Source: Mobula hypostoma
Lineage: Eukaryota
DNA length: 60,000 bases
NCBI RefSeq assembly: GCF_963921235.1
Contig: NC_086118.1
Span: forward strand, 22,880,001-22,940,000
Reading direction: 5' to 3'
A model generated the notes under the pieces. That model saw nothing but the letters and a program-made list of their open reading frames with translations, was not told the DNA's origin and ran no database searches. Position numbers and translations under genes: made by a program. Shown piece after piece: positions 37,316 to 50,670 of the stretch. The first letter of the stretch is position 1; the number at the start of each line of letters is the position of its first letter.

Positions 37316-38045
37316 GGACAGGAAATCGGGTAGTAAAAAGGTAGAAGGGCACAGGCCTGATGTGGGCAAACGAGATTAGTGTAAACAAGAGGAAGTCTGC
37401 AGATGCTGGAAATCCAAAGAAACACACACAAGATGCTGGAGGAATTTAGCGGGTCAGGCAGCGTCTGTGGAAATGAATGAACAGTCGACGAAGAACGGTC
37501 TCAGCCTGAAACTTCAGCTATTTATTTATTTCAACAGATGCTCCCTGATCCGCTGAGTTCCTCTGGCATTTTGTGTGAGATTAGTGCAGCTAGAAATCAT
37601 AGTCAGCATGGATAAGATGGGCCAAAAGGCCCTTTTCTATGCTGCACAGCACTATAATCACTAATAAATCAATAAAAGCAGAAATGGCCAGTTCATAAAC
37701 CTACTAACTACTCCCAGATACTGACGCTAGTGACACATTTGCCTGGAAAATCTCTACAACTCACTCCCAAAGCAACATAGGCCTCACTCTATTACAGATA
37801 TTCCCTAGTCCTGTCTATCCCACCACTCCCCTCCTCTACAATTACGAAATAACTTGTTTGATTAAAACAATATTATAACAGAACTAAAATCATTTACAAA
37901 GAAACACAAATGAAAATCCCCACTCAAGGACACAGTTACATTTTCTGATGGGCGGTGGGTGGTGATAAGGCAGCTCGGCCAAGACATTTGCTCACACTAA
38001 TTTGGAAAGAACTAGCATTGTGCTCTTGAAGATTGGCTTAAAACA
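37316..38045 (+). repeat. Local diverged duplication, copy A
   Basis: Shares blocks such as aacttgtttgattaaaaca.tattataacagaa and ccaagacatttgctcacac with 43548-44125. Confidence 0.85.
37382..37576. mobile_element. Fold-back Penelope-derived insertion with 10-bp TSD
   Basis: Inverted arms cacacaagatgctggaggaatttagcgggtcagg / cctgatccgctgagttcctctggcattttgtgtg; TSD gagattagtg at 37372-37381 and 37577-37586. Confidence 0.8.
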
Positions 38046-38763
38046 GTGTAGAGCAACTTATATTGGTTGGGAAATTTATCTCCTACCTTAAAGCAGGTCA
38101 CAGAAATGTAAAGAACGTGATTTTTGCAGTACACTGATTTCTCAAACCTGTGAAGTTAAGTAAGGTTTACTATTTTTTTTAAATTCAAGGCACCACTGGC
38201 AATACCAGTGTTCGTTGCCCAAGCCTGGTCGCACTTGATGCTAGTGGTTTGTTGAGTCGTTTCACAGTCAACTACATTGGTAGGCCTGAAGTCACACAAG
38301 AGTGAGAACAAGCAAGTGTAGCAGATTTCCTTTGTTGAGGGCATGAGCATACTAAATTAGATTATGTTACAATCCAATAGTTTTTTGATCACCCTTACTA
38401 ATAACTTATCCCTCCATATTAATAATTGTATTTAAACTCTATAGCTACAGTGGCTAGATTTGACTTTGGACTTTTAGCCAGCTAGACTGAGCTCTGCACC
38501 ACAGCAGGCAAGAACATAACCGTTGGAGCAATGAATACATTACAGTCAGTAAATAACATGGTGAGTGTTTGCACATGGGATTCAGAAACTTCACAAAAGC
38601 TGTGGATCAGCGTAGGTATTTGTATTACAATACAATATATCCTTTAAAAAATAACAAAAATGTGTAAGTCGTTGCTTCAAAGCCACTGCAGCTCTTGCAG
38701 GTGATGCTTACTGCAGTAAATTTCAGGGAGGCATTGTCCCCCAGCCACAATGGACCACAAAGT

Positions 38764-38843
38764 TAGGGGTTCCCAACCTTTTTCATGCCATGGACCCCTG
38801 CCATTAACCGAGGGGTCTGTTGACCTCAGGTTGGGAACCCCTG
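38764..38843. mobile_element. hAT-Charlie-like MITE, second copy (opposite orientation to 28554-28629)
   Basis: TIRs aggggttcccaacct/aggttgggaacccct; right flank ctctagag. Confidence 0.8.
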
Positions 38844-39813
38844 CTCTAGAGCAAGGAAGTATAATTCAAGCTTCAAGATTCAAGTTTATTTATCACATGT
38901 ACATCGAGACAGTGAAATGTGTTGTTTGCATTAACAACCAACATGTCCAAGGGTGGTGCTGTGTGCAGACTGCAAATATCATGACACATTATGTTGCCAA
39001 CAAAGTATAAAAGCAGACCTTTTCCTTTTAAATATTTATTGTAAGGCCCATCCTCCTGTGCCATGGTTATTTGGGAACTTGTTCTCCAAATATGCAGATA
39101 CACAAGGGTCAGCTACACACTGTAAATAGAAGAGTAGATTGTGCATAATAAAACTCTCGACAAAAGAATTTTCAATTAAATTCTAGGATGCTCAGGGTAA
39201 GAGAATCAGTGTGCAAGGCTGGTTGAATGACTTCCCCACAGTAATCCAAATTTCATACCTTTATCGCAGACCAGGATGGCATTAAATGATTCATTTAAGC
39301 TCATAAATCATAGTGAAACTGATGTTAACTTATTTAAGCAGCTAATCTAATAAAAGAGGCTTACATAAATATTTCTGTGGCCTTAAATACTATTCCACAG
39401 ATCTAAAACAAAACTATTCTTCACATGTAAAGCTATTCAAGGATAGCTCAAAGTACACACATTGCGATAATATTTTAAAAAAATAAATTTGAATAATGAA
39501 ATAAATAATTTCAGAGAAGTTCAATTTACCATAACTGAGTAGCAATGTTTCTGTTACGTCATTGGTCCCACTTTTGAACATGGATGGAACATATTGAGGG
39601 AGGGTGATATGGGGGCTCCACTCTGGCTGAGTTGACTTTCATTAAACAGAAACTAATACAGGGTAACACATTCAAAATGCTGGAGGAACTCATCAGGTCA
39701 GGCACCATCCATGGAAATGAATTAACATTTTGGGACACAACAGCTGTTTACTCAGCTCTGTTCCCTTGTCCCATTCCCATATCCTTTTTTTTTCTGTTTT
39801 CTTCAAATGCTTA

Positions 39814-39880
39814 CGGTACTGTGCAAAAGTCTTTGGCACATATATATAACTAGGGTGCCTAAGAATTTTGCACAGTACTG
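39814..39880. mobile_element. Tc1/mariner-like palindromic MITE at the head of a composite repeat extending to ~40280
   Basis: TA|cggtactgtgcaaaagtc...gaattttgcacagtactg|TA; a third degenerate TIR near 40248-40278. Confidence 0.75.
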
Positions 39881-42800
39881 TATTTGTAAACGTGGAGCGG
39901 AGAGCGAGTTTGTAAATCTGGCGGGAGCAAAGGGTGTTGGGAATGGTGATGGTGGAGCTTCGTGGGAAGGGTGTGGCACAGGTGCAGAGACACCCAGCCC
40001 TGAGACAGCAGGCAAGGTCATTTTATTCCAAACAATCGGTTTATTGATTATAACAGAACGTCTCTCTAGAGCTTCCCACTCCTCCCCTCTCCCTTCCCCT
40101 TTTCCCCACCATAATTCCCCTCTCCTTGCCCCCTTCCCACTCTCAGTCCACAATAGAGACCCATATCAGAATCAGGTTTATCATCTCACATATGTTATGA
40201 AATTTGATTTTTTTCGTGGCAGGAATACGATGCAATATTCAAAGTTACTACAGTATTGTACAACATTCTTAGGTCCCCTGTCTATTTACAGTCTATATTC
40301 TGTACCTATTTCCTCTCATAGATTCCGCTTCTATCACTGTTTTTGTTAGATCACTTCATGCCCAAATCATTCTCTGCATCAATACAAATGGCCTTTCTCT
40401 TCCATGCATTTGGTAAATTTACTCGTGCAGTTTAGATCGCCTTGGTAACTGCTGAAGATGTGGGTTTTTTTTCTGATTTATCTTAGCCAAATTTTCTCAA
40501 ATTTGAATCTTTACCTCCTGGGAAGACAACTGTTAGTAACTGCATTAGAAGATGGTTTTAGCAAAGTGTGAAAAGGACTTCAGAATAACTATAAATGGTA
40601 GTGACCTTCACATGATAGTTGATTATTTACATAGAAGCTATTGCGATGCAATACTGTTTTTGACAGCTGTTTTAATATCATTTAAACATTTCTGAACCTT
40701 TATGTCAAATCTTATTAGCTGACCTGCAGCAATGTAATCTCGTATTTGTTCTATTAGCTGCATGGAACACCTTGTTTGTACATGCAAATCTACTTCTTCA
40801 TTTAAAAAATCATGGACTTCTTTTGTAAAAGCAACAAACGATGATTAATGTGTTGGTTTTAATTAACATGCAGTGACAGATTAATGGTGCACTTGGTGTG
40901 TCTTCTCCTCCCTGCGGGAGTGGGCACTGATAGGACAGGTGGTGAGAAGGGACACGAAATTCAATTTTCTTCTCATTTGCATACATATGACAACCATCTG
41001 TGCTAATAACGCCACAACATCTCTATCAGGTATGGCATTAACAAAGCTCATTTTCAGTCAAGATATTTCACAGAAATGGACAACATTTTCATCTCAGCTT
41101 TTTAAGTTATTGAGTTAATATCTTCTGCTTGCCTGTGCAAGGGAGCAAAGCAAATGCTTTGCAAAAAAAAAGGAAATCTTAAAGTAACAAAACATTAATT
41201 TGCCATTGCATTGGTCATCATTAATTCTGAATGATTTTGTGAACAAGATTTCTTTTTATTTCATGATCCACTGTCACTTCAGTCATCCTAACCCTACAAG
41301 TGGGGATTTCATGTCAAATGCAGTGTTAATTTGGATAGAATTATTTTTTCCCGAAATTTCATCACCTTCACGTCAATACCATTGTGCAGAATTTCTTATT
41401 TAAACGTAAATGATCTTGATTCATCCAAAAACAACACCTGAGTATTAAAAGGCATGTCTCTTAAATATAAGCCTGGCATTTTCCTCAAATTTTGTAATTA
41501 AACTTCTAAATGGAAACTTAATAAAGGATTATATTAGATATGTTTTGCAGATTGAAAGTTAATCAAAATCCTCGTGCAAGCTAAACACTTTCACTCCAGG
41601 AAATTAATCTTGGCAACTCGTAATGTGTTTAGTTTAGATGCATCTTTATCGGGGATTAGAATTTTTAAAAAAAAAATATATATATATATATATGCATAAC
41701 ATTTCTTATGAATGAACCAGAATTTAATAAAAATTTTAAAAATTAATCCAAATTTTATCTAAATATTAATAAATCAATCTATATTACATTGTTCTTTAGC
41801 CATAATGCATATATTGAAATAACCACTATGTATGTATAACTTCTAATACTAAAGTATGGGATAGGATTTGTTAATATATGTAACATGATTCCACAAGTAA
41901 CATACATAGCTCAGTTTTACCTAATAGGAATCTTAGTAAAAGAAACATTTATTGGAATATGATCTTTAGAGATACAAATTAAATAGATAGTAATGTCTTT
42001 GACTGAAGATCAGTTAAGCACTGTTGAAGGACTTCCAACAGTTTGCCCCTCAATGACAAGATTTTCCAAGAGGTTTTCTTGGCCCCTGTGCAGGTGCCTT
42101 CAAAGAGCAGTGATGCAGGGTTTCAGTTTGAGCTTTGCTTGGTGCCTCTGCGGAGACCTCATTTCATTTATCTTTGAGGGGGCATATGAGCAGCCCCGGG
42201 TAACTCCTTCTGTGCAGAAAATTGCATGCTGTAATACAAACTATGCCACTTAATCACTTCCAAGTTACAGTTGTTGCTCGTGGCCATAATTACAACCAAG
42301 CAAATTTGTTCCGATGGAAGCTCCCTGTCCAAACAAAAAGAAAAATCAAACTCAAAGTGAAGCTAAATACAGAGTGGAGAAATAGCTGTGAGAGTTGGCA
42401 GTTACAGATGTGTTGAGGTACTGGACTAGGAACCTCAGCACCAACATTTTGTTACTGGCTTGACTGCAGTCCAGCAAAATGGAACAGTAACATTCCAATT
42501 TGCATGAAGTACAGATTCTGGGACAAACGCTGTAAATTTAAGTCTAATGTAATAATGGATCAATAATGCAGCCAGAATCTTGTATTTTCCCTTTGCTGCA
42601 TTTAGAATTTTAGTTCACCATGTTTGACATTTGAACTTTGTTGTGCTGCGATTCTCCTTTCATTACGCCGATTTATTGGGGCTAGGCACAAGTGTAGATG
42701 GCACACCGATGTAGAACTTAGAACTATTTATCTTTGGTATGTCCAGCTTCAGTAGATGGATTCCATAGATTGACCAGACCAATAGAATCATGGGTCTAGT

Positions 42801-43364
42801 TATGAATGAACAAGAAGAACGTAATCTCTTTGATCTTGGATGTAAACCAATTAGCATCAAGTTAGTTTGAAATGTATTATCCGGTAGTGTAGTGGTTTGT
42901 TCAGAACTAGTGTTCAGAAGTGAACTGGATAAATAGCTGAAGGAGAAAGAATCCTGGCCGGGGTGGGGTGGGGTGGGTGGAGGGGGAGAAAGGAGCAGAG
43001 AAATAAAATGTAGAACAGGGATAAAACTGAAATAATGTGTATGGTAGATTTGTAGGTAGGTTATTGGACAAGAAACCAGAGGCTTGGACTAGTTTGAATC
43101 CCACTATGGCAGCTGGAGAATTAAAATTCAAGTAATTCAGCGTATCTGAAATAAAGAGCTTGTATGAACAATGATGCTACAATCAGGTACATTAACGTAC
43201 CATAGGGAAGGAAACCTACCATCCTTTCCGTTTCTTGGCTTATATAAATAAATTGGTGCAATTTTAAGATCTTCTCAGCACTTGAACAATTCGGAATGAA
43301 TAATAAATATGGATTTTCTTCTTTAATTCCAGCAAAAGAATATTTTTAAAAATCACTTTTTTTT

Positions 43365-43545
43365 ACCTCGGTTCTGTTCCCATCACTGTCCGAAAGGAGC
43401 TTGTACGTTCTTCCTGTGGCCACATGGGTTTTCTCTGGATGTTCCGGTTTCCTGCCACTTTCCAAAGATGTTTGGGTTAACAGGTTAATTGGTCATGCAT
43501 GTAATTGAGTGATGTGGGTATTGCTGTGCTACATCCCTAAATAAA
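43365..43545 (+). mobile_element. V-SINE fragment
   Basis: gggttttctctggatgttccggtttcctgccactttccaaaga. Confidence 0.7.
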
Positions 43546-43547
43546 GC

Positions 43548-44125
43548 AGGGCAGGAAATTAGACAGGAAAGGAGTAGAGAGGCAGGGGGCCTAATGTGGT
43601 CAAATGAGATTAATGTAGCTGGAAATCACAGTCGGCATGGATGAGATTGGTTGCACAGCACTAAAGTCAGCTGTGAATGACTAAGAAAAGAAATGGCCAG
43701 TTCTGATACAGACAATCCACTCCCAGGCACCAATACTGACCATATCGGCACATTTGGCTGAAAATCCTCAACAGCTCACTCTTAAAGCAACACTAGCCTC
43801 ACTCTGTTACAAACATTCCTTGTTCTGTCTATCCCCCGACTCACCATCTCTACAATTACAAGATTAAAAAAAACTTGTTTGATTAAAACAGTATTATAAC
43901 AGAATAAATGAAAATCCTCACTGAAGGCCAAGAGTTAAATTTTCTAAGCAACACACACAAAATGCTGGAGGAACTCAGCAGGCCAGGCAGCATCTATGAA
44001 AAAGAGTAAACAGTCAATGTTTCGCGCAAGACCCTAAAGGGGGATGATAAGGCTGCTTGTCCAAGACATTTGCTCACACAACTTTGGAAAGAGCTAACAT
44101 TGTGCTCTTGAAAATTAGCATAAGC
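43548..44125 (+). repeat. Local diverged duplication, copy B
   Basis: Colinear with 37316-38045; carries its own Penelope-derived insert at ~43947-44035. Confidence 0.85.
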
Positions 44126-45269
44126 CAAAGTAGTGTCCGTTTGTTGGGCCTGTTATTGCGTGGTTTCTCTAAATGTATAAACAAAACATAACTAAGATAG
44201 CAGACATTTCCTGAGCTGTATGTCATTATCGTTTTTTATTACCAGGCTTAGGGCATTGCTGGCAAGTTGTGAACTTACTGCTTATTCTATCTCCCTTTGA
44301 GAAGGCAGTGGCGGGCCAACTTCACAAACTGTTGGAATCCTGTTAGTGAAAGTATTGCCGTCAGATAAAAAGGCCCAGAATTCAAGTCCATCATCTCCTG
44401 TGGTTCTGCGTTTCCCTGATTCCATATCGTTAAATTTAATGGAAGTGCAGTTTCTTTTCTAAAAGAACTAAAAAAGAAAAAGAACTGATCAAGATATATT
44501 AACTAGTGACTTTGTGTTGCTTGTAGTAATTGGTTGTATACTGTTGCATTACATCATTGATTACATTTGAAAAGCACTTACCAGCTATAAAGCATCTTGA
44601 GCCATCCAGAGAACATAGAAGGAGTCTATATGAATGCTAGTTTGTACATCCTTGTTTTCTGTTTGAAATTTAAATTTATGAAGTACTAAACCATGAAGTT
44701 GAATTATTTTGTATATATGCCACAGATTGCACTAACCTTCCAGCTTGATGGTTTTAAGGTAACTAAAATAGAGCACTACGAAACAACTAAATCTGCAGCA
44801 AACACATTGATTAAACTTCCCAGCCATCAGACGTCACCATATGTGCAAAATGATCTGGCAACATCTTGGACTTCTAAAGAATATAAATATTTAGTCCAAT
44901 TACTAGTTAGATATTAGCATAAATTTTTTTTGTTGAAATTCTTTCAGAAAACATCTGGTGTGCTCCTTCTGAATTTGGGATATACAGCCTTGCGGTGTAA
45001 TTGGTCAAAGCAAGAAAAGTTTAATGTCAGTTATCATTTTGCAGCTGGTTCAGCTTACAGAAATCACTGTCACATCTGTGCAGGACAAGGGAAGAACACA
45101 CCCTAACTGATAAAAAAAAAACGTAATCATCCGTAAATAACAAAATTCTTGTTCTATAATGATTAGAAGTCAGTACATAACAGATTTTTTGATAATTATA
45201 TTGAAGCAATGAAAGTATCCCTCCTTAGCACTTACTTTGTATTTTTCTGTATAAAAGTTTGCGTAGATG

Positions 45270-45605
45270 GTGACATGGTAGCCTAGTGGTTAGCGCAATC
45301 GCTTTACAGTGCCAGCGATAACCAATCAGGAATCAATTCCCACTGCTGTTTGCAAGGAGTTTGTACTTTCTCCCCATGGCTGTGTGGAGTTCCTTCCAGT
45401 GCTCCAGTTTCTTCCCACATTCCAAAAAGAATTACGTTTAGGATTAATGAGTTCTGAACATGCTATGTTGGTTCCAGAAATGTGGCAACACTTGCAGGAT
45501 GCCCTCAGCATAGTCCCCAGTCTGTGTTGTTTGTTAACACAAAACAATACAGTTCACAAAGGGTTTCGATGTGTTGATGTACATGTGACAAATAAAATAA
45601 TCTTT
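45270..45605 (+). mobile_element. Near full-length tRNA-derived V-SINE
   Basis: A box tagcctagtggtta, V-domain gtgctccagtttcttcccacattccaaa, tail gtacatgtgacaaataaa; a tail homolog is inverted at ~38873-39000. Confidence 0.75.
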
Positions 45606-48600
45606 AAAAATTTCAAGATGGCTTCCTGGATTGGTTATTGATATTTTACACAATTTAAAGAGTCATCATCAACATGGGCATGTTTTACACTTCTAACAAA
45701 CTTCTAACCAAATATCATCAAGGAAACATTAATTTTGTTTTTCTTCCCATAGACACTGCCTCACATGTTAAGCCTATTTAGTATTTTCTTTTTTTTTTAA
45801 TTTTCAGACTTCTAACCTCTTGGAAGAGGCCTGAGAAGAGTTTATTTGTCATATACACTGGGAAAGCACTAGATCATTTCTCATCTTGGAATTTGTTTTT
45901 ACAAATTCATGACTTCGCTTTACCAACTCCATCCTGCAGTCCTGCATTAAGCCTCAAAAAATTTCCAACATCCTCTTTTCAGCTTAACAGTGCCATTGTA
46001 TTGTCCTTGGCCATATACATTGGCACTGTCTCAATGCAACAATCTGACCATAGTCAGAATGAAGATAACAATTAAAATCTTGTTGGCTGTTTGCCTCAGA
46101 TGCTAGTCACATACAGCTCCATCTCTTCAACTGTGTGGTATTGCCTGCCCGCACTCCATCTCAAATCCTTTTTACATGTCTTGGTTATCTTCAGGGATGG
46201 CTCCTAATATTCTCCTATCAACTAATCTTCGCCTTGCAAACTAATAAGATAACTTGTCTTGAAATCTTCCTACCGTCAGATATTACATTTTGCATATGTG
46301 ATTTCTTCAATTCCAGCATTCCTTATGTTCCTATAACATTCATCTTATTATTAATCACATTGCATATTCTATGAAACTTTATCACTAAACTATATCAATT
46401 CACTATCTCCATTTCTGTCTTTGAAACTCCTGAGAAAATACTGGAGAAACTGAAAAGATCAGGCAGCATCTATAGAGAGGAATACATCTGTACAAATCTT
46501 TTAGCTTTCCATCATTGCAACTAATCTCTTGTGTTTTCTGCCACATCTCCTTAAAAATTATTTTATGAAGCATCAAAGAAAGCCTTTTATCTGTGGTTGA
46601 GGTTTATTGTTATTTAACTTTCTGCACGAATTATCCACTTGATGCAGTAGAGAGGAGATAAAACCATACTAAATAAATGCGGACACAAGTCAAAGTGAGG
46701 CATTCCATGTGATTAAGAAAATGCCCAACAAGTCTGTTCCTTAAATAGTTCTGAAATAGCAGAGATTTAGAAGATATAGCAGAATCAAGATGTTCAACCA
46801 ATGTAGCATGGAAGCCAAGAAGCCATCAGAAAATGGAATTAAAAGAGCTAAAACTGTGATAAAAGTATATGATGCACCCTAATCACTGTTTCCAGTTCTA
46901 GTTAATGATAAACAAAGAGACATTATACCATAAGGTGCAACGTCTAATGGACTGATCTATTATTGGTGTATGGTACTGAGATTGTGGGAAATGATTTGAG
47001 ATTGATATTCCTGAGAGAAGACAAGAACAGTTGCTCTTGAAGATTGTTGTGGAATGCAAAAGGTTGAATCCATGATATTCAACATCAGGATCAGAATCAC
47101 TGATATATTTTGTGATATTTGTTATTTGTACATCCTGTGGAATAACTAAGGGTAAATTATAGCATTATATTAGACTGAAAAACTGATGAAATGTCTGAAA
47201 CTATCTGAAAAAAATATATAGGTGTAGTGATGGGAAGAGAGTTATTTGCTATCCCCTACTGCCCTATCAAAATAACTGAGATGACAACATAAGTTTTTGG
47301 TGGCTTAGCAGGTTTCAATCCCACAGCAAAATAATCTCATTCCTGAAGATCAAATTAAGATGGGCTGATTGGATTTGCACATCCTCTGCCCAAAATGCTG
47401 CACCTTAATTGAACTTCACCATATTAATTATTGTGAATTGCTTTTTATTGACAGATTTTATATTTATGCTTTACTCTATTCACTATTTGAGTCGATAAGA
47501 AAAAAATCAGATCAACAACTCATCGTGAAAAAATACTTGTGGTTTTCGCTGCTTATTTTTTTAAATACTCAACCCATCCAATAATTGCATCAGCTGCAAA
47601 AAATTTCAGAAGAAAATGGTTTATTACCCCATGTAAACACTGTATTTGTATTACTGAAATTCTGCTGATATGATCCTGTTTATCTTCAGATTGTAAAATA
47701 TTTTTGTCTTATGACATGTCAATGTGAGTACCGTCTGTATGAAAAATAGGTCACTGTCTTGTGAACAATATAAATATTATCTTACCAATGCTAACAGATA
47801 CCTTTAAGCATCATTAGGACATTAATCCACTCTTGTTTTCATTCTCGCACAGTGATGTAATTTGGAAGACTGAAGTTGATTATTGCATTTTGGTTCATTC
47901 TTGCTTTCCATGACTCTATTGCTCCATCAGAAAATTCAGGAGAAAAACACGATTATTTTGGTAGCTTCGGATGATTAAAATCTTTGGGCAGGTAAAGTGG
48001 AAGCTCAATATTTTCTGAATTAAGCTAAAGTGCACGTGGTTCAATATTGATTTTAGAATGTGATTTGAAACAGAGGTGGTGAAATACAAACATATAATTC
48101 ACATTCACTATGTGAGATTCTTAATGAAAAATGAATACCCCATACGTGTCAAAAGAAGATGTGAAGCAGATGTTCAACTGCAAGTGGGCCAACAGTGAGA
48201 GTAATTAATCGTGCAATGAGACATGATCCTAGGAAAGCACCTGACAGAGAAAAACTGCGATGGCAATACATGAGTTTTTGAATCACAACGTGAAGATAAA
48301 GGCACATACCTCAAGTGAAAAGCATTATATTTGAATTAGGGTTTTGAGTTTCCTGTGGCAAATTTGTAGCATACAGCAGAGGTGAAAAAGTCTCAGGTGG
48401 GACTTTTACTTTCAAACCATGGAAATGATTTGTGATGATACTTTAACGGAATCAACTCAAATTTAAATATAGGCTTGCAGACAACGTGGTTGATCTGAAG
48501 TGGATAAGGTTTCCAGTCTTGAATACAATCAGAAGTTCTGACCACTTCTTAGAAGTGTGCTTCGTTTATAATTTCCTCTCAACATTGATCCCAGTGCACA

Positions 48601-49229
48601 GTAAGAACTAATCGATGCCAAGTGGATAAAGAAGATTTAAAATCCACAGTGGTCTGGAAAATCTGTACCAGATGGAAACATTTTAAATAATATTATTTCC
48701 AACATTTTCCATTTAAACACTGAAACACAAGGAAATAGGAACTGGAGTAATTGGTAATTGTTTTATTATTGTCACATATACCAAGATACATGGAAAACAT
48801 CTGTTTGGACGGCATCCAGACTGATTATTCCATACATATGTACACTGAGGAGCTGGAAAAGGAAGAATAAAGAATGCAGAATATAGTGTAACAATTACAG
48901 AGAAACTACAGTGCAGGTAAACAAATAAAGAGCCACGATGAGGTAGATTGAGAAATCAAGAGTTCAAGAGTCTGAAAGCGGCAGGATAAATGCTGTCCTT
49001 GAGCCTGTTGGTACGTGTTCTCAAACTCTTCTATATTCTGTCCAATAGGAGGGAGCAAGAGAGGAGAGTACCCACTGTGGGAGGGATCCTTTGCTGCTTT
49101 CCCAAGGCAGAGGGAAGAATTGGCAGAGTTGAAGGGGGGCTCTTTTTCTTGAGTCGGCTACCAGGCTCCTCAAGCCTATTCTGCTCTTTTTCCTAACCAT
49201 GGCAGAAATGTGCTAGCCTCAACTTTTCT

Positions 49230-49770
49230 TTTGGGCTGGTTTCCATAAGCCTTCATTCCTCAGACTTTCAAATATATATCTACTTCCACCTTCACTGTTT
49301 CTAATGATATGCCCTCCACCACCCTCAGGAGCAATGAATTCCAGAGACATACTAGCCTCTGAGAGAAGACATTTCTCTGCACTTCAGTTTTAAATGACTA
49401 CCCCTGTATTTTGTAGCTACCGTATGTACCCTTGTTCACGACTCTCTCATTAGTGAAAGCATCTCAACATCTAGCCTGTTATATCCTCCTTAGGATCCTA
49501 GACTTTTGATTAAGGTCACCTGTCATTTCTACTAAACTGCAAAGAATACAAACTGTCTGGCCTCTTTTGATAGAACAATCCCAGGAATTAGCCTGCTGAA
49601 TCTCCATGAGACAGCCTCCAATGTTACCATATCCTTTTTTAATGCAAGGGGTACAAAAATATAAACAGTATTTTTGGTGTGGCGTCAATAACATCCTGTA
49701 CAACTGTAACAAAATTTCACTTTTCTTAATCCTTAACCCTTTTGCAATAAAGACTAAAATCCCAATTCAT
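49230..49770 (-). mobile_element. Degenerate CR1 3' fragment
   Basis: 'MLQLYRMLLTPHQKYCLYFCTP'. Confidence 0.75.
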
Positions 49771-49849
49771 ACACCAGAGCTTCATTCATTTGCAGTCTCT
49801 TTCCAGTTAGTTGACGATCCATCTTTCAATTTCTCTATCTTGGGCCCAA

Positions 49850-50330
49850 CGCATTTGTGAAATCATGAGGAAGGCAAGTCGGCAGCTCTACTTCATTCAG
49901 AGTGTGAAGAGATCTGGTATATTACCAAAGACAGTTGCAAATTTCTATCGATTCGCAAAGGAGAGCATTCTGACTGGCTGCATCATGACCTGGTCTGGAG
50001 GCTCCAATGCATAGAATCACAAAGGGCTGTAGAGCATTGCAGACACAACCAGTTCAATCATGGACACGACACTCCACGCCATTGAGACACCTTCAAAAGC
50101 CGGTCACTCAAGAAGGCAGCATCCATCAACAGGTCTTTTCCAATCTGAGACATGCCCTCTTCCTGCTACTTCAATTATGGAGGAAGTAAAGGAGCCCAAA
50201 GACCCAAACTTAATATTTTAGCAACAGTTTCTACCCCTCTGCAATCAGGTTTCTGAATGGTCCAAGAACGCTACCTAATTATTCTCCTTTTGCAATATTT
50301 ATTGATTTTATTTTCATAACTTATAGTAAG
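49850..50330 (+). mobile_element. Rex1-like LINE 3' fragment
   Basis: 'KASRQLYFIQSVKRSG..PKTVANFYRFAKESILTGCIMTW'. Confidence 0.8.
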
Positions 50331-50670
50331 TTAAACAACAAATTTACTTGGTTCTGTTTTTACAGAAATGCAACATGCCCTTCCACCTATTCTCATACCC
50401 CTAGCAATCTAGCAAACCTTATATTTTGTTCCCTCCTCCATGCCACTAACGTAAATAGCAAATGATTCAGGACTACAAACTAATTCCTGAGATACTCTGT
50501 CAGTCACATTCCTTCAGTCTGAAAATTACCCATTTATTCCAACTCTCTGTTTCTATTTGACATTCATTTGAACAGATTTCCCCCAATGTTTTGGGGGTCT
50601 TAATTTATTCTCCAGCCTCTTATGTAGCACCTTGTCAAATGCCTTTTGGAAATCGCGATACACAACATCT

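Noticed and set aside
39807..40349. 180-aa ORF
   Set aside because: Lies within a MITE-containing composite repeat, low complexity, no domain motif
42958..42990. G-run tract with G-quadruplex potential (also ~22540, ~33610, ~59745)
   Set aside because: Simple low-complexity tracts with no evidence of function
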